DNA of 44,332 nt from Macrostomum lignano. Taxonomy: Eukaryota. The DNA lies in NCBI GenBank assembly GCA_002269645.1, contig NIVC01004490.1, positions 1 through 44,332 on the forward strand. The letters are read 5' to 3'. The position numbers and the translations under genes were made by a program. How positions within the stretch are numbered: position 1 is the first letter of the stretch; each line of letters opens with the position of its first letter. This document shows positions 21,501-32,309 of this stretch, in pieces. The notes under the pieces were generated by a model, which worked only from the letters and a program-made list of their open reading frames with translations, made no database searches and was not told the DNA's origin.

Positions 21501-23061
21501 CTGTGCAAAGTGACAGATGAAATGAGGAGTGAGAGGCAAACTCAGACTCACCCGGCCATGACTCGCTGAGCAGGTCACTTCTGTCGTCACTCTTTGCCCG
21601 CCTCAACACTAAGTTATCGGTGTGAGCGATTGTCGGTTGTTTTTGAGGCAATAAAATTCAAATTAATTGTATAACATTATCAGAACGTAGATAACACTAA
21701 TTAAGGATGCATCCCGTGTAAAAATGACTTAAAAAATCTCTTATTTCAACGTTTGAGAGGCGGCATGCAATAAATTGGGTGCAATTAGGCTGCCAGGGTC
21801 AGAAACTTCATACATCTCATAATTCGCTATGCTCGATTAAATTTGAAACATGCTTCTGGCTATAGAAAGTACATTTGAATCGAGGTAGTTAATTGCGCAA
21901 TTTTCATACCTCGCCTAGCCGATGACAGGTTCTGATCGTCCGGTGGCAGGTGGCCATTGGGCCTGAGGCTGGCTCTTCGCAATAGTCGGGAGTTCCTGGC
22001 TGAAACTGCTGATGGAGGCCCGGGGGATTCGGGTGAGTGCTGCTGTTGCTGCAGTTGCTGGTGCTGGCACTGGTGCTGGCACTGGTGCTGCGGTGATCGT
22101 TGCTCTCTTGCTACTGTACAAGTGGTTTTGTTGGAAAAGAATTTGCACAATCAGTTGCACGTTGGCCATTGAGTTTTAGTTTGCACTTTACAGAAGCACT
22201 TCTAGCCTGACAAGGTTTCGTCCCGGGAACCCTGAACCAGTAGGAACTTAAGTCACTCAGCTCCAGGTGTGTCAGCTGGGGATCAGTGAAACCGGAGCCT
22301 CAGTCACTCAGCTCCAGGTGTGTCAGCTGGGGATCAGTGAAACCGGAGCCTCAGTCACTCAGCTCCAGGTGTGAATGGGAACTGGTCCCTTTTGCTTCTC
22401 ACCAAGCGCAGGGATTTCCAGCGCCTCCGGCTTCCTTGCAGCGGGCGCCTCGTCCGAAACTTCGATGGTGATGTCCGGCGTGCAGCCTGAAAATATTAAC
22501 GACAAGTTTTGCGTCTTTGGGCACGAATACAAATCAAAATTCTTCCTAGAACCATGGACAGTTTAGAATGCTCTGGAGAACGCAGTTGTACTTCAATTGT
22601 CCATGCCTAGAACCTGTCAACACCAATGGCTGACGCACCTGGGAAGGCGGTCTGGACTGTCCCGCTTGTGACGGCCTCGGGCGACAGGTCGAGCTCTTCG
22701 CTCACCGAGGGCGTCTCCTCGCCGGAATCTGAGCAGCTCAGCTGGTGCTCGGAGCCGCACCCGTTGCCGCCGCCGCCGCTGATGCAACCGCCGTCGCCGT
22801 CGCCGCCGCCACAGCCGACGATCACGGCACCGGCAGTCTGCTTGAGAGCGTCGTGCGCTCCAACCAAAACCCGCTTCTTCCTCTTTGGCAGCTTCAGCCG
22901 GGCCTGGGCGTGCGTGTAGTACAGGGCGAAGTTGTTGACAATGATTGGCACTGGCAGGGCGATGACCAGGACGCCGCTGATGGCGCAGACGCCGCCTACA
23001 ATGTAGCCTGGGCGGCGGCGAGAGAGGCGAAGACGAGATTGCGGATAGTTAAGGCGGAGTT

Positions 23062-23098
<37 letters not shown>

Positions 23099-26000
23099 AC
23101 TTCTCCCTTGAAGAGCTTGTGGCAGGTGCTAATGCCGAGTGGGGAGTTATTACCCAACCCCCGAGCCACTTCCCTTGGGGGGGGAGTGAAGCATAGCGGG
23201 AAAATGGAGCTCAGAAAGGGCGATTGGGGAGCCCGGGATTCCTAATGGCGGCTGGCGCAATCAATTTCTGTTAGCAGCCGCCACGGGTGTCAGTGAAGTG
23301 GACGGCCAAATTGCGACGTTGAACGCGGCGGAAAGTTCTCGTGGCTTGCCGGGGTCGGACTGGGAGATTTGAAGGGCTCGGCTGAGGCTGCCGGGATTAC
23401 TGGGGTAAAGTCTGTCTGCTCATTCTATTGCCAGAGTTTTGTCGGATTCCAATTTGTCTACTGGATAATCGGGAGAGCCGATCGGTAACGGATTGACTGT
23501 GGATTAACAGATACCGGGTTATCGAGGAGATTTTACAGGTGTCGGATTATCGAGGAGATTTTACAGGTGTCGGATTATCGAGGAGATTTACAGGTGTCAG
23601 ATTATCGAGGAGATTTTACAGGTGTCGGATTATCGAGAGACTTTACATGTGTCAGATTATCGAGAGACTTTACAGGTGTCGGATTCTCGAGGAGATTTAC
23701 AGGTGTCGGATTCTCGAGGAGATTTACAGGTGTCGGATTATCGAGGAGATTTACAGGTGTCGGATTCTCGAGGAGATTTACAGGTGTCGGATTCTCGAGG
23801 AGATTTACAGGTGTCGGATTATCGAGGAGATTTTACAGGGGTCGGATTACCGAGGAGATTTACAGGTGTCAGATTATCGAGGAGATTTTACAGGTATCGG
23901 ATTATCGAGGAGATTTTACAGGTGTCGGATTATTGAGGAGATTTTACAGGTGTCGGATTATTGAGGAGATTTTACAGGTGTCGGATTATCGAGGAGATTT
24001 TACAGGTGTCGGATTATCGAGAGACTTTACATGTGTCAGATTATCGAGGTGATTTTACAGGTGTCGGATAATGGAGGAGATTTTACAAGGTGTCGGATTA
24101 TCGAGGAGATTTTACAGGTGTCGGATTATCGAGGAGATTTTACAGGTGTCGGATTATCGAGGAGATTTTACAGGTGTCGGATTATCGAGAGACTTTACAT
24201 GTGTCAGATTATCGAGGTGATTTTACAGGTGTCGGATAATGGAGGAGATTTTACAAGGTGTCGGATTATCAAGGAGATTTTACAGGTGTCGGATTATCGA
24301 GGAGATTTTACAGGTGTCGGATTACCGAGGGGATTTACAGGTGTCAGATTGTCGAGGAGATTTTACAGGTATCGGATTATCGAGGAGATTTTACAGGTGT
24401 CGGATTACCGAGAAGATTCACAGGTGTCAGATTATCGAGGAGATTTTACAGGTATCGGATTATCGATGAGACTTTACAGATGTCGGATTATCGAGAGACT
24501 TTACAGGTGTCGGATTATCGAGGAGATTTACAGTTGTCGAGATTTTACCATATCGAGGTAAATTAACCGACTTACCTGGCAGCGTCCTTGGCACCATATC
24601 ACCGTAACCAAGCGTTGTCATGGTAACCAATGCCCACCAGAATCCGATAGGGATGGTTCGAAACTCGTTTACGGGCGACTCGACGAACTGTTCGCAGATG
24701 AAGATGGCGGTGCCGCACAGGATGACGAAGATGGCGAACACGGTGCCCAGCAGGGTCAGCTCCCTGGACGAGGCCTTCATGGTGTGCACCAGGATTTTCA
24801 ACCCGGAGAAGTGCCTGGTCAGCTTGAAGATGCGCAGAATTCTGGGCACCTTGAGAATCTGGTGCACGATGACGGCTGATTCCGGCGGCACAGCGAACGA
24901 GACGCAGGCCGTTGCCACAGCAACCAGGTCGATCCAGTTTAGCGCCGATTTGAAAAATTCCGGCTTCGACGGGCAGAAAACAAGGCGGGCGGCCAGCTCC
25001 AGGGCGAAGTAGGCCGTCACTGTGATGTCCACCGCGTGCACCGCTGGCCGCGGCTGCGTGTACCGGAGACAGTCAGAGACCATCAGGCGGCTGCAGTTCA
25101 TGGCGCCGGCGCCGGGCCGCGGGATTCGAGCCTCGGGCAGCGTCTCCACCACCAGGGCGATGATGGAGGCCAGGATGAAGAGAACGGATACTGTGGCCAG
25201 CGCCTGGAGGTCAGGGGTTTTGAGGTGGTCGGTTTTGATGTGGTCGTTTCTGAGGTGGTCGGTTTTTAGGTTGTCGGTTTTGATGTGGTCGGTTTTGAGA
25301 CTGTCGGTTTTGAGGCTGTTGGTTTTGAAGCTGTCGGTTTTGAGGTGGTCGGTTTTGAGGTTGTCGGTTTTGATATGGTCGGTTTTGATGTGGTCGGGTT
25401 TTAGGTGGTTGGTTTTGATGTGGTCGGTTTTGAGACTGTTGATTTTTGAGGTGGTCGGTTTTGAGGTTGTCGGTTTTGATATGGTCGGTTTTGATGTGGT
25501 CGGATTTTAGGTGGTTGGTCGTTTTTTGAGCCAATCTACTTTGGCAGGCTACTAGTGATGGATCTGAGATGGATAATTCATTCGAAGTGCACAAGCTAAC
25601 TAATTATATTACAGCACATTATCAAGGACTCAATCAATTCCTTCCATTCTGTTTTCAACTTATCGGCAGAGTGTGTCGCTTAGGATTGCAGAAGACTCCA
25701 AATTTGGATGAGAATGGCCGACTAATACGTCACCCAAGCGAACGGATGCTCCGGTCTACGGGGTGGGGATTAATTTCGCGGAGAGGGTCGAGGAGAAATA
25801 AGGAGCCCATTGCTGCCATCTGCGCGCTGGCACAGTTTGGGAACTCAGCCGCCCCGCGCCGCGATCCCTAGGGAAAAAGTGCGAAGCCTCAATCTGTGTC
25901 CCATCTCCGCTTCCCCGGCCAAAGGATGTTGCGGGTCCCGAAAAATGATTCCGCTTATCCAGTCTCGCTGTCGCAACTCTTTCCCGCATTCACGGCCGTC

Positions 26001-29000
26001 TCTGCTCGTTGCCGCTCTTTTTTTTTAAAATGCCCGTCTTGCTCGGGATCAGTGGGGATTTCATTTCTGGCCGTAGTTTGATTTGATAAATTCTCCCCAT
26101 TTTTCGCACGGTACTTGCGGGCTCTATAAAAATGGCTGGGCAGTACTTTAGAGATTTGTTTTACATCATAGGTGACCAGCCTGTGACCAGCCTGTGACTA
26201 GCATGTGATCAGCCTGTGACCAGCCTGTGACCAGCCTGTGATCAGCCTGTGACCAGCCTGTGACCAGCCTGTGACCAGCCTGTGACCAGCCTGTGATCAG
26301 TCTATCCTGTGATCAGTCTATCCTGTGAACAGTCTATCCTGTGATCAGTCTATCCTGTGATCAGTCTATCCTATGATCTGTGATCAGTCTATCCTATGAT
26401 CTGTGATCAGTCTATCCTGTGATCAGTTGATCTGTGATCAGTCTATCCTGTGATCAGTTGATCTGTGATCAGTCTATCCTGTGATCAGTCTATCCTATGA
26501 TCTGTGATCAGTCTATCCTGTGATCAGTCTATCCTATGATCTGTGATCAGTCTATCCTGTGATCAGTCTATCCTATGATCTGTGATCAGTCTATCCTGTG
26601 ATCAGTCTATCCTATGATCTGTGATCAGTCTATCCTGTGATCAGTCTATCCTATGATCTGTGATCAGTCTATCCTGTGATCAGTCTATCCTATGATCTGT
26701 GATCAGTCTATCCTGTGATCAGTCTATCCTGTGATCAGTCTATCCTATGATCTGTGATCAGTCTATCCTGTGATCAGTCTATCCTGTGATCAGTCTATCC
26801 TATGATCTGTGATCAGTCTATCCTGTGATCAGTTGATCTGTGATCAGTCTATCCTGTGATCAGTTGATCTGTGATCAGTCTATCCTGTGATCAGTTGATC
26901 TGTGATCAGTCTATCCTGTGATCAGTCTATCCTATGATCTGTGATCAGTCTATCCTGTGATCAGTCTATCCTATGATCTGTGATCAGTCTATCCTGTGAT
27001 CAGTCTACCCTGTGATCAGTCTGTCTTGTGATCAGGTCTAAAACAAGTCACAATGCTACCTCATATAGCACAGCGCACTGCAGATGCCCCTGTGTCACAT
27101 GTGGTGGGAAGGGCTAATTGAATTACCCTATCAACAGCCCAGCGTAGAAATCCTAGGCCTATACTATAACGACCCTAGGGATGCGAGAGTTTACCCTCTC
27201 TAGTTCTCAGTCCGGCCTGCCGCCCAGCTCATTAATTATTAATGAGCCCCCGGGTCGGGTATTCCGGCAGAGTTTAACACTTAGCTGGCCAATAGCCGAT
27301 GGCTCTGATCTACTGCTGCTGCGCCGCGCCAGCACTGGGCGAAGGAAAACTTCACCATTTTCCTCCAATCTCTCCTCTTCCCAGCCTCAGAGTCCTCAGC
27401 ATCATCTCGTTCTTATCTCTTATCCCTATCTCATTCTCTTTGGTGGAGGTCTGGGCGCGGGGAGGCGGCATGCATAATGCAGATTCGGTCGCCCCCAGCA
27501 GCTGATGGCCCGATTCGTCTCTGTCGCAAGCCGCAGATGAAGACTCGCCGCCAGCACTGGCCCCAAACTGGTGGCTGATTAATCACTCCAACAGCCGGGT
27601 CGGCGGGGGTAAACACGGCCAGTAAGCTGACACAGCCCCGCCGGCTCAGCTAGCTCCCGTATTCATGAGCCGCACCGGTCAGGTGTGCGAGGTGAGAAAC
27701 CATTGATCGGCCGGACACCCTTCTGTCTGACGCTAGCATAGGTGTACAGTTTACTGACTTTGCACTGATTCCTGCGGCGCTTCGCCTATAGTCATGTCTT
27801 TTATGCTGGGTGCAAAGGAAACCACATTAACTTGAGTTAGCGTCATTCTTGAACAAAAACTAAGCGATTAAAACAAGTTTGTTATGACTAGCACCCACCC
27901 CTACCCACCCCTACCGGCCCGAACTCACAGCTGCACCCAACCTGAACCCACAGCTGCACCTAGCCTGAACCCACAGCTGCACCTAGCCTGAACCCACAGC
28001 TGCACGCAACCTGAACCCACAGCTGCACCCAGCCTGAACCCACAGCTGCACCCAACCTGAACCCACAGCTGCACCTAGCCTGAACCCACAGCTGCACCTA
28101 GCCTGAACCCACAGCTGCACGCAACCTGAACTCACAGCTGCACCTAGCCTGAACCCCCAGCTGTACCCAACCTGAACCCACAGCTGCACCCAGCCTGAAC
28201 CCACAGCTGCACCCAGCCTGAACCCACAGCTGCACCTAGCCTGAACCCACAGCTGCACCTAGCCTGAACCCACAGCTGCACCCAACCTGAACCCACAGCT
28301 GCACCTAGCCTGAACCCACAGCTGCACTCAGCCTGAACCCACAGCTGCACGCAACCTGAACTCACAGCTGCACCTAGCCTGAACCCCCAGCTGTACCCAA
28401 CCTGAACCCACAGCTGCACCCAGCCTGAACCCACAGCTGCACCCAGCCTGAACCCACAGCTGCACTCAGCCTGAACCCACAGCTGCACTCAGCCTGAACC
28501 CACAGCTGCACCCAGCCTGAACCCACAGCTGCACTCAGCCTGAACCCACAGCTGCACCCAACCTGAACCCACAGCTGTACCCAACCTGAACCCCCAGCTG
28601 CACCCAACCTGAACCCACAGCTGCACCCAGCCTGAACCCACAGCTGCACCCAGCCTGAACCCACAGCTGCACCCAGCCTGAACCCACAGCTGCACTCAGC
28701 CTGAACCCACAGCTGCACCCAACCTGAACCCACAGCTGCACCCAGCCTGAACCCACAGCTGCACCTAGCCTGAACCCACAGCTGCACCCAACCTGAACCC
28801 ACAGCTGCACCCAGCCTGAACCCACAGCTGCACCCAGCCTGAACCCACAGCTGCACCCAGCCTGAACCCACAGCTGCACCCAACCTGAACCCACAGCTGC
28901 ACCTAGCCTGAACCCACAGCTGCACCTAGCCTGAACCCACAGCTGCACCCAGCCTGAACCCACAGCTGCACCCAGCCTGAACCCTCAGCTGCACCCAGCC

Positions 29001-29614
29001 TGAACCCACACCTCCCAAGCTGAACCCACCTTGCCGGGCCCGCCAACGCCGGTACCCTCGACCTCGAGCAGCGCCCAGACCCTCGGCCGGACCCGCTGCC
29101 ACCTGCCCAGCTCCGGCCCGGCGGCCTCCTCGATGCCAAACCGCCTGGCGGTGTCGCCGGGCGCGTCCTCCTCGCCGTCGTCGGACAATTCGCCGCCGTT
29201 GAGCTCGGCGAGGGTCTCCTGAGCGTCCCGGTGAGTCCGGTAGGTGGTCCAGCAGCAGGACTCCATCTGTTTCTCGTCGATGCCCCAGTAGGCCAGCTCC
29301 TCCTCGAACATGGGGCCGCAGATGTCCATGGGGGTGTGCAGCCGGCCGGTGCGGTAGTAGTTGAGAATCATGGCGAACACGCCGCTGTGCCGGTCGAAGA
29401 AGTACTCCCCGGTGTCCGGATCGAAGTCGGCGCTGTTCACCGAGGTGGCTTCGGCCAGCCAGGCCAGCCGGGTGTCCGGGATGTTCTGCAGAGTGGATTT
29501 GTAAGTCTCGAAACGGACTCCGCCAACATTGATGATGATTCGGTTCTCCGGCGGCCGCGACTGGCCGCAGCCGCTGCCCTGGCGCAGCGTCACCGAGGTT
29601 GCTCTGCTCACCAT
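18554..29614 (-). CDS. Shaw: Shaw/Kv3-family voltage-gated potassium channel alpha subunit, ~745 aa; exons 29614-29030, 25203-24576, 23007-22639, 22486-22403, 22113-21910, 21608-21552, 19327-19191, 18727-18554
   Basis: T1 domain ([18 protein letters not shown]...[17 protein letters not shown]) with the HX5CX20CC zinc motif; S4 [11 protein letters not shown] (Kv3 signature); pore [18 protein letters not shown]; S6 [11 protein letters not shown]. All junctions are GT-AG with consistent phases. ATG 29614 is in gccgccATGG context; an in-frame upstream ATG at 29665 is possible. The last four exons (low-complexity tail) are less certain than the first four. Confidence 0.93.
18793..19153. repeat. 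Intronic minisatellite, 16-bp unit TGCAGTGACAACTGCC, ~22 copies
   Basis: Fills most of Kv3 intron 18728-19190. Confidence 0.96.
19430..20290. repeat. Minisatellite with 45/42-bp units (TGTACACTGATGCGAGCTCGCTGCTGTATATGTACACTGAGACAA), ~20 copies
   Basis: Units are multiples of 3, which gives several overlapping repeat ORFs. A four-unit block is duplicated at ~19440 and ~19615. Confidence 0.97.
20866..21478. repeat. Intronic minisatellite, 44/45-bp unit TCTATGGCCCAGACTGTCATACAGACTTAAATCAATCGGGAACTA, ~14 copies
   Basis: Starts ~70 nt inside the Kv3 donor at 21551. Confidence 0.96.
22250..22375. repeat. ~52-bp tandem duplication (~2.4 copies) in Kv3 intron 22114-22402
   Basis: AGTCACTCAGCTCCAGGTGTG occurs three times. 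Confidence 0.9.
23062..23098. repeat. (GA)n microsatellite
   Basis: AGAGAG.. run about 55 nt from the acceptor of the S6 exon. Confidence 0.85.
23515..24560. repeat. Intronic minisatellite, 27/28-bp unit TTTTACAGGTGTCGGATTATCGAGGAGA, ~38 copies
   Basis: Begins within ~20 nt of the Kv3 donor at 24575. Source of the ORFs at 23539-24566. Confidence 0.97.
25213..25525. repeat. Intronic minisatellite, 15-bp unit GGTTTTGAGGTGGTC, ~21 copies
   Basis: Runs up to the branch/acceptor (cctgacctccAG) of the Kv3 S1-pore exon. Confidence 0.95.
26172..27035. repeat. Compound minisatellite: 11-bp CTGTGACCAGC grading into 16-bp CTGTGATCAGTCTATC with 7-bp CTATGAT and 15-bp variants
   Basis: Unit change is visible from left to right. 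Lies within Kv3 intron 1. Confidence 0.96.
27915..29029. repeat. Intronic minisatellite, 23-bp unit CACAGCTGCACCCAGCCTGAACC, ~48 copies
   Basis: On -, the array begins at the GT of the Kv3 exon-1 donor. Source of the ORFs at 27983-29139. Confidence 0.98.
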
Positions 29615-29944
29615 GGCGGCTGCAACCAACTGTGCTTTGCTGGCTGAGCTCAGACTCTTCCGCATTACGGCCGCATCCGGCACTGCTTTGGCTAGGTTTC
29701 CCACCCGCCATTCCTCTGCAGCACCTATCCCGATGCGGCATCAGCAGCTGACCAGCCAATCAGAAGCCAATCCGAGCGGCCGTCTTCATCAGATCAGCAA
29801 ACAGACCTGCCGCTTGAACACGAGTTGCCGGCAGGATTTTTATCAGACTTAATCAAATATAAATCTTATTGTTACCAAGGTAAAAATATATAACGGCTGA
29901 TATAATAAACTGATGCCTCTGTTGACCAACCGTTCTTCCATCTA

Positions 29945-30715
29945 TGCTGAGCCTCCCAATTCCCATCAGGAGGATAATCTCCCCTTCATGCTGCTGAGCC
30001 TCCCAATTCCCACCAGGAGGATAATCTCCCCTTCATGCTGCTGAGCCTCCCAATTCCCACCAGGAGGATAATCTCCCCTTCATGCTGCTGAGCCTCCCAA
30101 TTCCCACCAGGAGGATAATCTCCCCTCTATGCTGAGCCTCCCAATTCCCACCAGGAGGATAATCTCCCCTCTATGCTGAGCCTCCCAATTCCCACCAGGA
30201 GGATAATCTCCCCTCTATGCTGAGCCTCCCAATTCCCACCAGGAGGATAATCTCCCCTCTATGCTGAGCCTCCCAATTCCCATCAGGAGGATAATCTCCC
30301 CTCTATGCTGAGCCTCCCAATTCCCATCAGGAGGATAATCTCCCCTCTATGCTGAGCCTCCCAATTCCCATCAGGAGGATAATCTCCCCTCTATGCTGAG
30401 CCTCCCAATTCCCATCAGGAGGATAATCTCCCCTTTCATGCTGCTGAGCCTCCCAATTCCCATCAGAAGGATAATCTCCCCTCTATGCTGCATGAGCCTC
30501 CTAATTCCCACCAGGAGGACAATCTCCCCTTCATGCTGCTGAGCCTCCCAATTCCCACCAGGAGGACAATCTCCCCTTCATGCTGCTGAGCCTCCCAATT
30601 CCCATCAGAAGGATAATCTCCCCTCTATGCTGCATGAGCCTCCTAATTCCCATCAGGAGGATAATCTCCCCTCTATGCTGAGCCCCCCGATTCCCATCAG
30701 GAGGACAATCTCCTC
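29945..30715. repeat. Minisatellite, 44-48-bp unit GCTGAGCCTCCCAATTCCCACCAGGAGGATAATCTCCCCTCTAT, ~17 copies
   Basis: Lies between the AT-hook gene 3' end and the Kv3 start. Confidence 0.96.
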
Positions 30716-31276
30716 AATCAGAAACCAAAAGCATTGTTTAGTCAAAAGCTTGAGTGCTTGAACTTTCTCTTAACACGTGTAACATAAAACGTATAATGAT
30801 GATAGATAATAGCAACTAGATAACCATATCAGAATATTAGCAAGAATAATATTAATATTAGCAAAAATACGCACTTTGCTAGTTGTTTCATGATGAAACA
30901 CGAGAGTAACAACAATTACATAAGCAAACGGAGCATTATTAACAAAAGTTCACGTGCACTTTTAAAAGTGCAAATCAATATTAACAAACGATTACATACA
31001 ACGTTAAATAATAAAAATCAAAAAGGTAACATCAAGACAGGTAAACAATAAAATCTGAGTTCTCCTACCATCAGTAATATGAAGAGCGCAACAGAGGAAT
31101 AATTAAAACGAGGTGACTTCTGGTACTGTAGAATAAGCACGGTGGCTCTTGACTGGTTATTGTTGACGCTTATTGCCTGACCCCCAGCTTCTTCTAGTTG
31201 CTGGGTGGGGGAATTAACGCATTGCAAAAGGTATCATGCGCATTAAAAACTTGAACACATGCGTGCTAGGGCGCGG

Positions 31277-31282
31277 TTTATT
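31277..31282 (-). terminator. AATAAA polyadenylation signal of the BAH/AT-hook gene
   Basis: TTTATT on +, ~80 nt after the TGA at 31361-31363. Confidence 0.55.
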
Positions 31283-31360
31283 TAAAAAAAACTATTCAAC
31301 ACAACGAATGTTATTAGAGATGAATATTACAAACTGATAATGAGGGAGGCCAACAGGCGG

Positions 31361-32274
31361 TCACCCGTCGCCGTGGTAGAGATTCAGCTGTGGCAGGAAC
31401 AGTCCCGGATGAGACGGCGGCAGGCAGGGTGGCGGAGCCCTGCCGGATCCCACAGGGATGTTGGCGGCCGCAGCTGCCGCCGCTGCCACGGCTGCCGCAG
31501 TCGATTGAGGCGCTGAAAAGGCCGGCAGCCCGCTGCCGCTGCAGGAGGTGATCGCGGAGTGCGACAGCGACGGCGTGGGAGCGCCCATCGGATTGGCGAT
31601 GATGACAGGCACCAAGGTGGCTGCCGGTGACTGCAGGAAGGGCAGCGACGGGAGCGAGGCACCGCCACCACCGCCACCGCTGCTGACGCCGCCGCTGACG
31701 CCGCCAAATCGCTGCGGGCCGCCGCCAAGCGGAATGGGCGGATGCGACAGGCCAGGATAGGACGGCATCTGCATGGGCGGGGCGCCGTAGCAGGGCGTCT
31801 TCTGTGGCACCCACATTGACTGCGGCGGCGGCGGCCCGGCCGGCTTCTGATGCTGCTGGCGCGCTGCTTGCTGAGGAAACTGCGTGTTAGGCGGCTGCGG
31901 AAAATGTGGCGGCATCGACACGGAGGATGCAGCTGCCGCAGCTGCAGCCGCCGCCGCCACAGCCGCCTCCCAGGACGCCGGGTGATGCCGGGCAGCGGCC
32001 CATTGCTGCAGGAAAGCCGCCGGATCCTCGGCTGCCGACGGAGGAAACGGCAGGTGCATTAACGGGTGCTGATGCGGCGGAAACAGGCGGTGATGAAGCT
32101 GCTGATGCTGGTGCAGCTGGTGCAAACTGTGCAGCTGGTAGAGCTCGTGCTGGCTAACGATCGGCGGTGACACTGGCTCGTTCTCGATTTTAGTCACCGG
32201 CGCGGCGGGTGAGATGGTCTCCAGTCTCAGCTGGAAGGGCGACGAACGCGCCGGCGGTGGCGGCGAAGTCGGTT

Positions 32275-32309
<35 letters not shown>

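Noticed and set aside
23539-29139. ORFs at 23539-24566, 25022-25594 and 27983-29139
   Set aside because: They are array translations or antisense shadows of Kv3 exons.
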